From positions 1 to 42,920 of the IMG/VR virus record IMGVR_UViG_3300045988_008560: DNA of 42,920 bases, one strand, 5' to 3'. The notes below the pieces were generated by a model. The model worked only from the letters and a program-made list of their open reading frames with translations. It searched no databases and was not told the DNA's origin. The position numbers were made by a program, and so were the translations under genes. Shown here piece by piece: positions 21,818 to 31,194 of the stretch. This stretch comes from a virus. The stretch's first letter is position 1. Each line of letters starts with the position of its first letter.

Positions 21818-22882
21818 TCACCCGTTCCAGTCGGCCTTAGTCTCCCGGACGTCGATGTGGGTAAAACTCTTGTAGACGCCCACCCCGCCCCAATCGGGCA
21901 TAAGCGTCCTTGCAAACGCCGCCACAGCCTCCGGCGTCTGCCCCTTGACCACAATATCCGCCGCCGTGCCGTAGCAGTGCTGGCTGTGTGCCGCGCCGCC
22001 CTCTTTGACGTTGTACTGCGGCGTCCGATACCCACTGTTAATGGCCACAGCCGCGCCGAAGCGACTTCGTATGCTCTGCAAAACCATCACCAGCCGGGGG
22101 GCTACCAGCACGGTGTCGGAGCCGTCTTTGCAGGCAAATTCTTCCACTGTAAAGTTTGTGGACAGCTTCTTGCCGCCGTCCTTCGCCTTACTGTAGGCAT
22201 TGATCTCTACGCTCATAGGTTTTTCTCCTTCCGACTCGAATGCGTCGCCGCTCTTGTACTTCCACATAAGGAAAAAGGGAATGATCCGCCCGTCACCGGT
22301 GAAGCCATTGCCGTCGCTGTCCATAAAGCAGGTAGACCCGCCGCCGTCCATCATAATGGCATTGTCCCAACCAGAACTATACAGTAGGTCCCGCAGCTGT
22401 TCCGGTTTCCGGCGGTCCCGGCTGACGTAATAGGCAAAGCGCCCGTCTTTCGTCCCGATGGCCGTCCTGGCTGCGGAATATCCCATATCGCTTCCGTAAT
22501 TCATGGGGCTAATCTTCTTTCCGGCAATAATGGCGTGGACACACTCCATGTAGTTAGCATCGCTGTTGGGCACCGTGCGCACCCCAAAATCCTCCGGCGT
22601 GTTCCAGCTGATGGCCCACGCCCGGTAATTCGGAGCCTTCCGTACCTCGCCGTCCGCCTTTAGATGACAGGCGGGCCGTAGTGCCTTTGCCTTGCGCAAA
22701 GGATACCCCTTTTTCTTGGCCTGCTTTTCCCACAGGAAGATGGCGGCGTTGCAAATGCAGTCCCCGCCCGCCTCCGCCAGCATCTTCTTCAGATTGGTCG
22801 TGGTGGAGTGCAGGCGCTTGGTATTGAAGTAAATCTTAATCCACTGTAGGTCGGAGAGCGGGACAGTGCCCGCCCTGGTCAT
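21818..22882 (-). CDS. two-domain endolysin: phosphodiester-glycosidase (NAGPA-like) plus peptidase M15
   Basis: ARTAIGTKDGRFAYYV...NAIMMDGGGST (NAGPA-like) and SGYRTPQYN...HSQHCYGTAADI...THIDVR (M15 zinc site). Confidence 0.8.
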   Translation of the reverse strand: MTRAGTVPLSDLQWIKIYFNTKRLHSTTTNLKKMLAEAGGDCICNAAIFLWEKQAKKKGYPLRKAKALRPACHLKADGEVRKAPNYRAWAISWNTPEDFGVRTVPNSDANYMECVHAIIAGKKISPMNYGSDMGYSAARTAIGTKDGRFAYYVSRDRRKPEQLRDLLYSSGWDNAIMMDGGGSTCFMDSDGNGFTGDGRIIPFFLMWKYKSGDAFESEGEKPMSVEINAYSKAKDGGKKLSTNFTVEEFACKDGSDTVLVAPRLVMVLQSIRSRFGAAVAINSGYRTPQYNVKEGGAAHSQHCYGTAADIVVKGQTPEAVAAFARTLMPDWGGVGVYKSFTHIDVRETKADWNG

Positions 22883-23067
22883 TCCTTGTCCTCCCGGACC
22901 CGCTGGGTGCCAAAATAGAAGGCAATGACCGTGGTAAAGATAGTCAGGAACTCCGTCCCGGAAATGCTGCCCCGCAGCGCCAGCACCGTAAATACAACCG
23001 TCAGAACGATTGTCACGATGCTCTTGACCGTCAGCAGGTTCCCAAGCCTCTTTTTCAATGTCTCCAT
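22879..23067 (-). CDS. holin
   Basis: 62 aa, two TM helices (IVTIVLTVVFTVLAL, FLTIFTTVIAFYFG), charged C-terminus, ATGA-coupled to endolysin. Confidence 0.8.
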   Translation of the reverse strand: METLKKRLGNLLTVKSIVTIVLTVVFTVLALRGSISGTEFLTIFTTVIAFYFGTQRVREDKE

Positions 23068-23070
23068 GTT

Positions 23071-23346
23071 TTACCCCTTTCTGATGGGAAGCTCGTCCAC
23101 TTCTTCCATCACTGTGTTTAAATGTCCGTTGCCGCCCAGCGCCTTATAGGCCCGGTGCATATCCTGCAACGTCTCTTTGTCCGACAGGCTTACGCTGCCC
23201 GCCTGAATGTACCGGTTGCCTAAATACCGCACCCGGTCGATCATCAGCACTTTCAGCGCCTCCATAATGGCGTCTTGCCGGTCATCCTTGGCCCACTTCC
23301 GTTGCAGAATGGCAAGAATAATGGCAGTCACGCCGGAGCTTGTCAC
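23071..23346 (-). CDS. hypothetical protein with N-terminal TM (possible holin partner)
   Basis: MTSSGVTAIILAILQRKW..., immediately upstream of holin. Confidence 0.6.
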   Translation of the reverse strand: MTSSGVTAIILAILQRKWAKDDRQDAIMEALKVLMIDRVRYLGNRYIQAGSVSLSDKETLQDMHRAYKALGGNGHLNTVMEEVDELPIRKG

Positions 23347-23423
23347 TGCGCTGATTACAATTTGTATTGCTTCGATTGCCCCCAGCCCCTTTATTTATAT
23401 AATTCCGACTTCGTTTCGTGCAG

Positions 23424-23513
23424 TTAAAACCAGGGCCACTGCCGCTCACAGATGGGGCAGACCTGCCGCCCCTCCGGGACAATGGCCCCACAGCATACGC
23501 AGCGGTCAGGCAT
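23424..23513 (-). CDS. tiny zinc-ribbon protein (29 aa), not in ORF track
   Basis: MPDRCVCCGAIVPEGRQVCPICERQWPWF; overlaps the stop of the upstream gene. Confidence 0.35.
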   Translation of the reverse strand: MPDRCVCCGAIVPEGRQVCPICERQWPWF

Positions 23514-23670
23514 TGGCATCCGCCGTGCCGCCGTACTCGGCGGGCACCATCTCCGGTAAGCCGCACTCGTTGATGAGGATGTCCGCCACCTGTGCTTTCA
23601 GCTTGGCCGGAACCTTGTCAAATTCCGTCTTTCCGAGAATCACTCTCTGTGCAAACAACATAGCCATCAT
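23506..23670 (-). CDS. small fibre-associated protein
   Basis: Trimmed to MMAMLFAQRVILGKTEFDKVPAKLKAQVADILI with AGGAG 8 nt upstream. Confidence 0.7.
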   Translation of the reverse strand: MMAMLFAQRVILGKTEFDKVPAKLKAQVADILINECGLPEMVPAEYGGTADANA

Positions 23671-23728
23671 GTCTCTTGCTCCTTTCGATAGTAAAAAATA
23701 TAGGTTTAGGGCGGCATCCGCCCAAAAC

Positions 23729-24040
23729 TCACGCATAGACTACTGACGCCATCTCGGCGATGCAGTCCTCATAGAAAGACTGCTGCTCCGTCAGGGCAGA
23801 CACCTGCTGTTTCAGTAGCTTGTTCTCCGCCGCCAGCTCGTCATTGGTAGGCGGGATAACAGGCTCCGGCTCGCCATCATCCTCAATGGTGTACTCGCCA
23901 TTGTAGGCTTCCGCCTTGGCGATTTGCTCATTGGCCTCGCTCCATCCCAGCGTGACAGCGGAAAAAACCTGTTGAATGTCCGGCTTGTCCTCTGTCCCGT
24001 GGTTGACCTCGGTGCAGAGTTGATATTTAATAACTTTCAT
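23729..24040 (-). CDS. hypothetical fibre-associated protein
   Basis: 103-aa acidic ORF with coiled coil NDELAAENKLLKQQVSALTEQQ. Confidence 0.75.
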   Translation of the reverse strand: MKVIKYQLCTEVNHGTEDKPDIQQVFSAVTLGWSEANEQIAKAEAYNGEYTIEDDGEPEPVIPPTNDELAAENKLLKQQVSALTEQQSFYEDCIAEMASVVYA

Positions 24041-24052
24041 GATGTCTCCTCC

Positions 24053-25432
24053 TTATGTGTCTGGCTTGGTGTACCAAATCTGTGCATTTGCCGTCCGGTC
24101 TGAAAGGTCTTTAGGAGTGTTGAAGATAATCTGTGTGGTAGAGGCGTAGACCGTGCAATAATCGACATCACTATACCAATACGGTAGACTGTCCTTATAC
24201 CCAGCAGTGCAGTTAGCCGCACAGCGCAGCATGTATTCCACAGTAGCACCGTGATTTACAGTTTTGCGTGTGGCGTTTGGCAGAGCGCCACAGTCAACCA
24301 GTTTTGTATACACCGGCTTGCCCAGATACCGCTCCGTGGTGCGGTACTCGACGCCAAGGTCCATCGGAACTTTTACAAACTCCCATGCGCCCCACGTCTC
24401 TGAAAGCGCGTAACGTGTTCGCATCCAGTAGCGTGTATCTGTACTACTTGGGAAAAAGAATTGTGTATGGCATCTGTCATTACAGATATGAAGCACAGCA
24501 CCACTTTGTCCGTATGGATAGTTGCCGATTGTCTCGTCCGGATTGTAGTAAAAGTAGATTCCGTTCTTATCAATTGCATCTAATACGGCCCGCGATGCAA
24601 TGTATTTCCCAGTATTTTCTCCTAACCCGTACCCGCCGGGGGCAGCGTTGATATTCCCCCTCGCCTGGGTTTTCTGTGCGTCCGTCAGGCTCTGCGCCGC
24701 GTCATAGCGGACCGCGCCTTGTACGGTGTTCGCCCCGATGTTCGCCCGGGCCTGCGCTTTCTGCTCGTCGGTGAGGCTCTGCGCCGCGTCGTAGCGGACA
24801 AAGTTGCTGGAACCGCCCACGGGGCCGGGCGGGCCTTGCTTCCCCTCAGGTCCCTGTTTTCCCTCGGGGCCTTGAATACCCTGCTTCCCCTCCGGGCCTT
24901 GAAGATTGCCGTTGCCCACCCACTTGCCGTGGACGGAATCCCAGATGTAGATGTTGTACGGAGGCGCAGTGCCCACGCCGTACACGTCACCGGCCTTGGG
25001 ATTTGGGACGGCTGCCTTGAGGGCGTCCAGCGTATCAAAGTAGCCAAGAATGGCGAAGCTGGAACCGGCCTCGCCGGGATCGCCCTTGACGCCATTTTTG
25101 CCGGGAGGGCCAATGGGGCCTTTGATGGACGTTAGCGTGGTCAACGTGAAGGCATACACCCAGTTGGCCGTGCCCTTGAGGTACACCTTTCCGTAGTCCG
25201 CGGAGGACGTGCTGTCCGGCAGGATCAGGACGAACTGGCCGCGTTGGACGTCAGTGCCGGTGAAGTCCTGGTTCATCTCGGCCACGCTCTTGTACTCTTT
25301 TGTGATGCCAACCGGCACACCGGCGGACGCCAGCCGCGCATCGATCTCCTCGCCGGAGTAGGCGGATGTGTAATAGTCTTGCAGCTTGGAGAATATCTCC
25401 TCCAAAACTGCGACTCTCTGTTCAATCGTCAT
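24053..25432 (-). CDS. tail fibre with short collagen-like segments and 29-aa repeats
   Basis: ATG 25432 7 nt after GAGGTG; GPIGPPGKNGVKGDPGEAG, GPEGKQGIQGPEGKQGPEGKQGPPGP; VRYDAAQSLTD(E/A)QK repeated (DNA repeat at 24684 and 24771, 87-bp spacing). Confidence 0.85.
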   Translation of the reverse strand: MTIEQRVAVLEEIFSKLQDYYTSAYSGEEIDARLASAGVPVGITKEYKSVAEMNQDFTGTDVQRGQFVLILPDSTSSADYGKVYLKGTANWVYAFTLTTLTSIKGPIGPPGKNGVKGDPGEAGSSFAILGYFDTLDALKAAVPNPKAGDVYGVGTAPPYNIYIWDSVHGKWVGNGNLQGPEGKQGIQGPEGKQGPEGKQGPPGPVGGSSNFVRYDAAQSLTDEQKAQARANIGANTVQGAVRYDAAQSLTDAQKTQARGNINAAPGGYGLGENTGKYIASRAVLDAIDKNGIYFYYNPDETIGNYPYGQSGAVLHICNDRCHTQFFFPSSTDTRYWMRTRYALSETWGAWEFVKVPMDLGVEYRTTERYLGKPVYTKLVDCGALPNATRKTVNHGATVEYMLRCAANCTAGYKDSLPYWYSDVDYCTVYASTTQIIFNTPKDLSDRTANAQIWYTKPDT

Positions 25433-25442
25433 TGGAATCACC

Positions 25443-27572
25443 TCACACGATGAAAAGTTTGTTTAGGCGGTCAAAGAACAGCCCGCCGCCACGCTGGACC
25501 AACGGCCCGGATTTGATGGTTTTCTTCTTCCCGTAAAACAGAATGATGCAGCCGGGCTTTCCTTTGCCGCCGGAGCTGCCGGAGCCGCCGTGCTGCAAAT
25601 CGCCGGAGAAGTTAAGCACCTGATGTTGCGTGGACGGGGGCGTTGGAGACATGGAAATACTGCAACTGCCGATTCCGCCAGCGCCGCCGCCACCGTGTCC
25701 GGCTCCGCCGCCATCGCCGTAATTTTCGCCGTCAGCTCCGGAGACGGCCGATGCGCCGGGTGCGCTGCCTACAATTCTGATGTTGGGGATAAATGTCGGC
25801 ATGCCGACCGAAAAACGGGACGGGTCCCATGTGACTTCTGTCCCCATGGCCGCGCCGGGGCCACCGATACCCTGATGCTTGAAAGTCTGCGTATAGCGGA
25901 TGTTGTTCTCGGTCATCCTCATGGTGTATTCCTCCGCTTGAGAGCCGTAGCCGCCCTTGTAGCCAGCCACAGACCTTCCGGATTTGCCGGGAGCGCCGCC
26001 GTCACCGCCATCATAGCCAACCGCACCCTGCCGGGCATAGGTTTTTCCAGTGACATCATCGTAGTAGCCATTGGGTGACGCAGAGCCTTCCGCGCTGGAG
26101 TGGCTTCCGAATACGGCCTCGCCGTTCTGGCTGGTGGCGTAGGAAAAGCTTATGCCGGGGGTGATATCCATGGTGATCTGGAAAATCTTGCCGCCAGAGC
26201 CGGGAGAACCGGCCTTGCCGCCTTTCCCGGCGGACGCGCTGGGAAAGGAGCCGGAGCAGGTGTTTGGGATCGTCTGACCCGTGAGCATCACGCCCTCGCC
26301 ATTCTGCCCGGCAGTGCCGTCCTGCCCGTCTCCGATCAGGACCGCCGTCACCGCTTCGGCGCCTTCCGGCGGCGTCCACGTGCCCGATCCGGTCAGCAGG
26401 ACCCGCTCGCTGAAATATTCGGCCTGCTCCGGCTGTGCCGGGGTAAATCCCACCAATGCTTCCATGCTGCTTTTAAGCGTCGCGCTCATTGTGGTGTCCA
26501 GAGACTGTATACACGCAAAAACCATCTTCTTGTCATACGGATGATATACGCTTACCACATGTCCCGGTTTCTCGTGTCCGCTTACAATGTCATTGGTGAT
26601 AGTCTCGCGGCATCTGTAATAGTCCGCAAGACGCTTCGCCACGGCGTAGGAATTCACCAGAGATACCAGTGTGGCATCCGTAACCGACTTCACGTTTTCC
26701 GCCGCGCCTGCCGTCACAGGCTGAGTGATTAAGCGGGTGTTGTGGATATACGCCTTGCCAGTCAGTGCGCCAGTGCCAGCGGAGATCTTGGCGTAGTTCG
26801 CTCCGCTTTCCAGAATGGTAAAGCCGGTTGCGGAGAGGGAGTGCATCGGCTCGGAGAATGTGATGATATCGCCATTCTGCGCCGTGCCGGAGAATAGCTC
26901 CTTTACTTCCGTTCCCGCAACGTATTGATGCTCCGTTACCGTCACGGCAGAGATAGGTGAATCGTATTTCACGGTTCCCCCGGTGTAAGATCGGTCGACA
27001 TCAATCAACGATGCCGTACCGTCCCACAATGGTTCAATTCTCAAAACACCGTTCAGGTCTGTGCGGAGATAGGCCCCAATGGCGAAAAGCACTTGTGCGA
27101 GGTTGTCTCGTGCAGAGCGTTCTTTCCCATCCGCATAAGGAAGCCAGCCGTAAAGTTTAACTCCGGCATATACACTTTTTATCAGCGAAGGGATGTTGCC
27201 GCAGATTTCTTTTACAACCTCTTCCACGGTCTGGCCTGTGTAAATGCCGCCAGCGTGCACCATGCCGGTAAGCGCGCCCATAGGAGACCTCCCTGTAAGT
27301 TGATAAGTGACAGGCCCGATACGAGAAACGCCACTGCTCACAAATCTTGCCTTGATTTCTCCGTCCCTGTAAACAACGATTGGGGTGTTATTCGGAAGCG
27401 CAGAAAGCTGTGTGCCTATTGTTTTAGTGCAAACCTCTACGCTGACCGTATCGAACGAAAGGCTGCTTTCATCCAATGCAACTTCTTGAAAAGACGAGCA
27501 GTAGTCTAACCGCATATCGTCCTTAGACGCATCCCGGTCAAATTGATAAGGGCCGATCATTGCATAATCCAT
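25443..27572 (-). CDS. tail tip / baseplate protein (Tal-like) with Gly-rich C-terminal region
   Basis: 709 aa in the Tal position after TMP and distal tail gene; GDGGGAGHGGGGAGGIG...GGSGSSGGKGKPG. Confidence 0.7.
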   Translation of the reverse strand: MDYAMIGPYQFDRDASKDDMRLDYCSSFQEVALDESSLSFDTVSVEVCTKTIGTQLSALPNNTPIVVYRDGEIKARFVSSGVSRIGPVTYQLTGRSPMGALTGMVHAGGIYTGQTVEEVVKEICGNIPSLIKSVYAGVKLYGWLPYADGKERSARDNLAQVLFAIGAYLRTDLNGVLRIEPLWDGTASLIDVDRSYTGGTVKYDSPISAVTVTEHQYVAGTEVKELFSGTAQNGDIITFSEPMHSLSATGFTILESGANYAKISAGTGALTGKAYIHNTRLITQPVTAGAAENVKSVTDATLVSLVNSYAVAKRLADYYRCRETITNDIVSGHEKPGHVVSVYHPYDKKMVFACIQSLDTTMSATLKSSMEALVGFTPAQPEQAEYFSERVLLTGSGTWTPPEGAEAVTAVLIGDGQDGTAGQNGEGVMLTGQTIPNTCSGSFPSASAGKGGKAGSPGSGGKIFQITMDITPGISFSYATSQNGEAVFGSHSSAEGSASPNGYYDDVTGKTYARQGAVGYDGGDGGAPGKSGRSVAGYKGGYGSQAEEYTMRMTENNIRYTQTFKHQGIGGPGAAMGTEVTWDPSRFSVGMPTFIPNIRIVGSAPGASAVSGADGENYGDGGGAGHGGGGAGGIGSCSISMSPTPPSTQHQVLNFSGDLQHGGSGSSGGKGKPGCIILFYGKKKTIKSGPLVQRGGGLFFDRLNKLFIV

Positions 27573-27581
27573 AAGCCCTCC

Positions 27582-27980
27582 TTACCGCGTGATTTGCGGT
27601 GCGATGGGGATGAAATGGATTTCAATTTCACCCCAATAATTGATTCCATTTTCAACCTTTTCAATATCGTGCGATGCGCTGGTGTAGTACGCGCGATAGG
27701 AAATAGTTGTGTTGCCGTCCGCAGCTTCAAGCAAAACAGAATCGTCAACGGAATGGGATTTGAGATAGTTCCAGAACGCATCGTAGCTTCTGTAATCGTC
27801 CCCTCTGCGGAAAACGGTCACCTTATGCCCAATGTACGTCCCCAGAACATCGCGGATCATCCGGCCTGTGTCTTTCGATCTCCCAGCGTTCTCCCCATCG
27901 AGAACGCTGAAATTTTCGTTGTACTTGGAGATCGCGACATTCACATCAAATGAAGTCCCGTTAATTTTGATGTAATTCAT
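27582..27980 (-). CDS. putative distal tail protein (short)
   Basis: ATG 27980 (MNYIKINGTSFD) directly downstream of TMP; only 133 aa, so assignment is by position. Confidence 0.5.
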   Translation of the reverse strand: MNYIKINGTSFDVNVAISKYNENFSVLDGENAGRSKDTGRMIRDVLGTYIGHKVTVFRRGDDYRSYDAFWNYLKSHSVDDSVLLEAADGNTTISYRAYYTSASHDIEKVENGINYWGEIEIHFIPIAPQITR

Positions 27981-27991
27981 ACCCACCGCCT

Positions 27992-30412
27992 TTAGGTCAC
28001 TTTAATGCCGACGCGCTGCGTCTGGTCCTTGTTCAGCTTGAAGATAATGCGGCCCAATTCCTGTTCGCCGATCTTAAGGATCGCCGTCTGATTGCCACCG
28101 CCATACTGCGCCATGCCACGGGCCACCGCTGCCTCGATGGCAGATTCAGGAGCTTCAATGTTGTTCCCCTGCTTCTGGTCACCCAGTACTGCTAAAAACT
28201 CACGGTTCGGGGGAATCACTGCGCCGGTCGCCAAACGGGGAACGGATGCGGAATTGATGGCAGGTGTGCGGACGTTACCGCCGCCTGTAAATGCATTTTT
28301 GATGCTCCTCATTGCATTAGAAGCCCAAGATTTCACGCTTTCAAACGCTGACTTCAAACCATTGAGCAACCCATCAATAATGTTTTTGCCAAGGTCTTGC
28401 CAATATTCAACGGTGAAATACTTTGCAACACTTGATTGCCACCAAGATTTTATACTTTCCCACGTTTCGCTTAATTTTTCTTTCAGATAGTCCCAGTTGA
28501 GTGCCACCACAGAGCCAAGTCCAGCCGCTCCGGTTACGATCATTCTCAAACCGAGAGGGATACCAACTCCGGTAAACACAAGGATTACGCCCAAGACAAG
28601 CAAAGCGCCGCTTATCATAGCCGTGATTGCTCCGATGGGGCCACCCAGCAGATTTGTTATTGTATCCCAGTTTGCAATCACCGTTGCCGCAAGACCGGCA
28701 GCTCCGGCAATAAGTAATCCAATCCCGAGAGGAAGTGCGACTCCGCTGAATACTAAGACTGCGCCGATAACCAATAGTGCGCTGCTAACCACGGCAACAA
28801 CGCCGCCAATAGCGCCTTGCAGCAAGGTTTTAATTGTATCCCAATTCGCCGCAACCGTAGTCGCAAGCCCAATTGCGCCAGCAACCATTAGCCCTAAACC
28901 GAGCGGAACACTTGCACCGCTAAACGCCAAGATTGCACCCAAAACCAACAACGCGCCAGAAAGCAGGCCAACAACGGCTCCAACAGGGCCTTGCAGTGCT
29001 TCTTTAATTGTATCCCAATTTGCCGCAATGACCGTTGCCATCCCAGCAGCACCAACAGCCATTAGCGCAAGGCCAAGCGGGATGTTCGCGCCGGAAAACA
29101 GAATCACTGCACCGATTACGAGTAGCGCAAAACTCAAAAGAGCAACAACGGCTCCGATTGGGCCTTGCAGCATCTTTTTAACAGTATCCCAATTAGCTGC
29201 AACAACAGACGCAAGACCGATTGCTCCAGCAACCATCAACCCCAAGCCCAATGGTATGTTTGCTCCGGAGAACAAAATAATTGCACCGATGGCAAGCAAC
29301 GCAACCGACAGGATCGCAGTAACAACCCCGATTGGGCCTTGCAGCAGTTTTGCGATTGCCCCCCAGTCTGTCTTTACAGCACCCCAGATCGCCGCAGCGC
29401 CTAAAGCCATCAGGGTAATGCCACCCGGAATATTAGCGCCGGAAAACGTTAAAATTGCGCCGATGGCAAGCAAAAGCGCGCCGGTAAATAGTTCCATGAT
29501 TGCGCTAAGTTGATCGTTTATTCCCGTTGTAAAATCCGGCCCATTTTTGGCCTTGTCATCGCTGCCGGAAAGCTTATTGATTTCGTCAAAAGATGCTAAA
29601 GATTTACTTGTTTTCTTTGCAGCTTTCCCGGTTTTATCCATTGCACTGCTTTCTTCGTATAGATTCTCAGCAGCTTCCGCAGATGCTTCTGCCGTTGTCC
29701 CAAATATTTTTGAAACAAGGTCGGAAATTGTATTGACTATACGCGTCAGCACATTTACAAAAACAGTAAACGCAGGGATAAGCACATTCAAAATGGGCTG
29801 TGCTAAAACCAGCAAAGCACCTTTTAACTTTGAAACTGCCTTCATGGCCTTTTCGTTTGTTTGAATGGCACTCCACATATAATCTTTCAATGCGCGAAGT
29901 GCCTTTGTGATGAGCGTAAAAACAAAAACGCGTCGAGCAAGGCCCTTGATGCGGTTGGTGAATTTTTCCATCTGCTTTGCCGCTTCTTGGGCTGCGGGTG
30001 ACATCCCCTGAGTGTGTCTTTTGGCTCCCGCGAGCTGTGCAGAAAGTTCTCCCGCCCGGGTGCTCATTCGTTCAAGGCTTCGGGTATCTTTGGCGATGGA
30101 CGTATCCATTGCCTCAACCTTTTTTTGCACACCGTCCCATTCTTTTTGCAATGATGCTACTGTCTGCTCCTGCTCCTTTATAGAGCTGGATGTAAAAAAC
30201 GCATCGCCGCTTTTCATATAGTCCAGTTTCGCCTTTGCGTCATCGAGAACAGCCGCTAATTGTTTTGATTGCTCAACCAGTGGCATCTGCTCTTGCTTTT
30301 TATCGCTGATTTTTTCATTGAGCGAATCTATTTTTTTAGTAAGCCGGTTTAATTCAGTCTGCGCTTGTTTGTCATCAACATCCGCCTTGATAATAACGGA
30401 ACCATCCGCCAT
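27992..30412 (-). CDS. tape measure protein
   Basis: 806 aa, N-terminal coiled coil, central hydrophobic Gly/Ala-rich repeats, located between chaperone genes and tail-tip genes. Confidence 0.9.
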   Translation of the reverse strand: MADGSVIIKADVDDKQAQTELNRLTKKIDSLNEKISDKKQEQMPLVEQSKQLAAVLDDAKAKLDYMKSGDAFFTSSSIKEQEQTVASLQKEWDGVQKKVEAMDTSIAKDTRSLERMSTRAGELSAQLAGAKRHTQGMSPAAQEAAKQMEKFTNRIKGLARRVFVFTLITKALRALKDYMWSAIQTNEKAMKAVSKLKGALLVLAQPILNVLIPAFTVFVNVLTRIVNTISDLVSKIFGTTAEASAEAAENLYEESSAMDKTGKAAKKTSKSLASFDEINKLSGSDDKAKNGPDFTTGINDQLSAIMELFTGALLLAIGAILTFSGANIPGGITLMALGAAAIWGAVKTDWGAIAKLLQGPIGVVTAILSVALLAIGAIILFSGANIPLGLGLMVAGAIGLASVVAANWDTVKKMLQGPIGAVVALLSFALLVIGAVILFSGANIPLGLALMAVGAAGMATVIAANWDTIKEALQGPVGAVVGLLSGALLVLGAILAFSGASVPLGLGLMVAGAIGLATTVAANWDTIKTLLQGAIGGVVAVVSSALLVIGAVLVFSGVALPLGIGLLIAGAAGLAATVIANWDTITNLLGGPIGAITAMISGALLVLGVILVFTGVGIPLGLRMIVTGAAGLGSVVALNWDYLKEKLSETWESIKSWWQSSVAKYFTVEYWQDLGKNIIDGLLNGLKSAFESVKSWASNAMRSIKNAFTGGGNVRTPAINSASVPRLATGAVIPPNREFLAVLGDQKQGNNIEAPESAIEAAVARGMAQYGGGNQTAILKIGEQELGRIIFKLNKDQTQRVGIKVT
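28470..29500. repeat. about 5.5 tandem copies of a 174-bp (58-aa) unit inside the tape measure gene
   Basis: (T/A)GTATCCCA recurs at 28661, 28835, 29009, 29183 (period 174); protein unit GANIPLGLGLMVAGAIGLASVVAANWDTVKKMLQGPIGAVVALLSFALLVIGAVILFS. Confidence 0.9.
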
Positions 30413-30434
30413 GCAATCACCCTCTTTCTATTGC

Positions 30435-30463
30435 TTGAAATGTGCAATTTTATATGTTATATT
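30435..30463 (+). promoter_or_regulatory. promoter of the opposite-strand moron
   Basis: TTGAAA - 17 nt - TATATT in the AT-rich gap after the TMP start. Confidence 0.55.
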
Positions 30464-30492
30464 GGATAAAATAATTGTTAAGGAGTGATATA

Positions 30493-31158
30493 ATGAGCCT
30501 TTTTAGCAAAAACAAAAGCAACATCAAGTCCGCAAAGCTCCTTGGCGTTAGGCAGGCGGAAGAAACTTTGTTGTTTCATACATCAAACTTTTCTCTTTAT
30601 AGTTTTTTTGTCGAATATGCAGACGGGACTACCGCTGTAATTGAATGTACGCCAACTCCCCCAACAGGGAACAAGAAAAAGGAAAAAGAATTGTTCGATA
30701 AGTTGATTGCAATTTCCAACCAAACAAGCCAGAGTAAAAGTGCTGATACGCAAACAAGCGGGTCAATTTTGGATGAATTGCAAAAACTAAAAGATTTGCA
30801 TGATTCCGGTATAATTCCAGATGAATTATTCCAAAAGAGATCGGAATCCTTGGTGGAGAAAATGTCAAATTTGGTAAATGCCGCCGATCCAAACTCGCCA
30901 AACTTTTATGTGGAGCGTGAACGCCCTCGTTCAGTCATAGAGGGGAAATCGATTTTAATTATCGATGGAGAAAAAACAGGGCATAATTTGGACGCGCCCG
31001 TTTCTCTCCGCCTCGATTTTGGGTCCCACACAATTTCAATCGCTCGCGGATGTGTTTCAAGTCAAAAATTTAAGCTGAACGTTTGCGAGTCAAAAACATA
31101 TAAATTGACTTTTGATCCTAAAACAGTCAGCATTGATGCAGAATTGGTAGAAAAATAA
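30493..31158 (+). CDS. SHOCT-domain protein (moron on the opposite strand within the tail operon)
   Basis: ATG 30493 7 nt after AAGGAG; ILDELQKLKDLHDSGIIPDELFQKRSESLVEKM fits the SHOCT motif; AT-rich relative to flanks. Confidence 0.75.
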   Translation: MSLFSKNKSNIKSAKLLGVRQAEETLLFHTSNFSLYSFFVEYADGTTAVIECTPTPPTGNKKKEKELFDKLIAISNQTSQSKSADTQTSGSILDELQKLKDLHDSGIIPDELFQKRSESLVEKMSNLVNAADPNSPNFYVERERPRSVIEGKSILIIDGEKTGHNLDAPVSLRLDFGSHTISIARGCVSSQKFKLNVCESKTYKLTFDPKTVSIDAELVEK

Positions 31159-31170
31159 GCCACCAATCAG

Positions 31171-31194
31171 CCGCCCTCTCCGGAGGGCGGTTTT
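31171..31194 (+). terminator. intrinsic terminator of the moron
   Basis: ccgccctc-tccg-gagggcgg-tttt. Confidence 0.8.
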
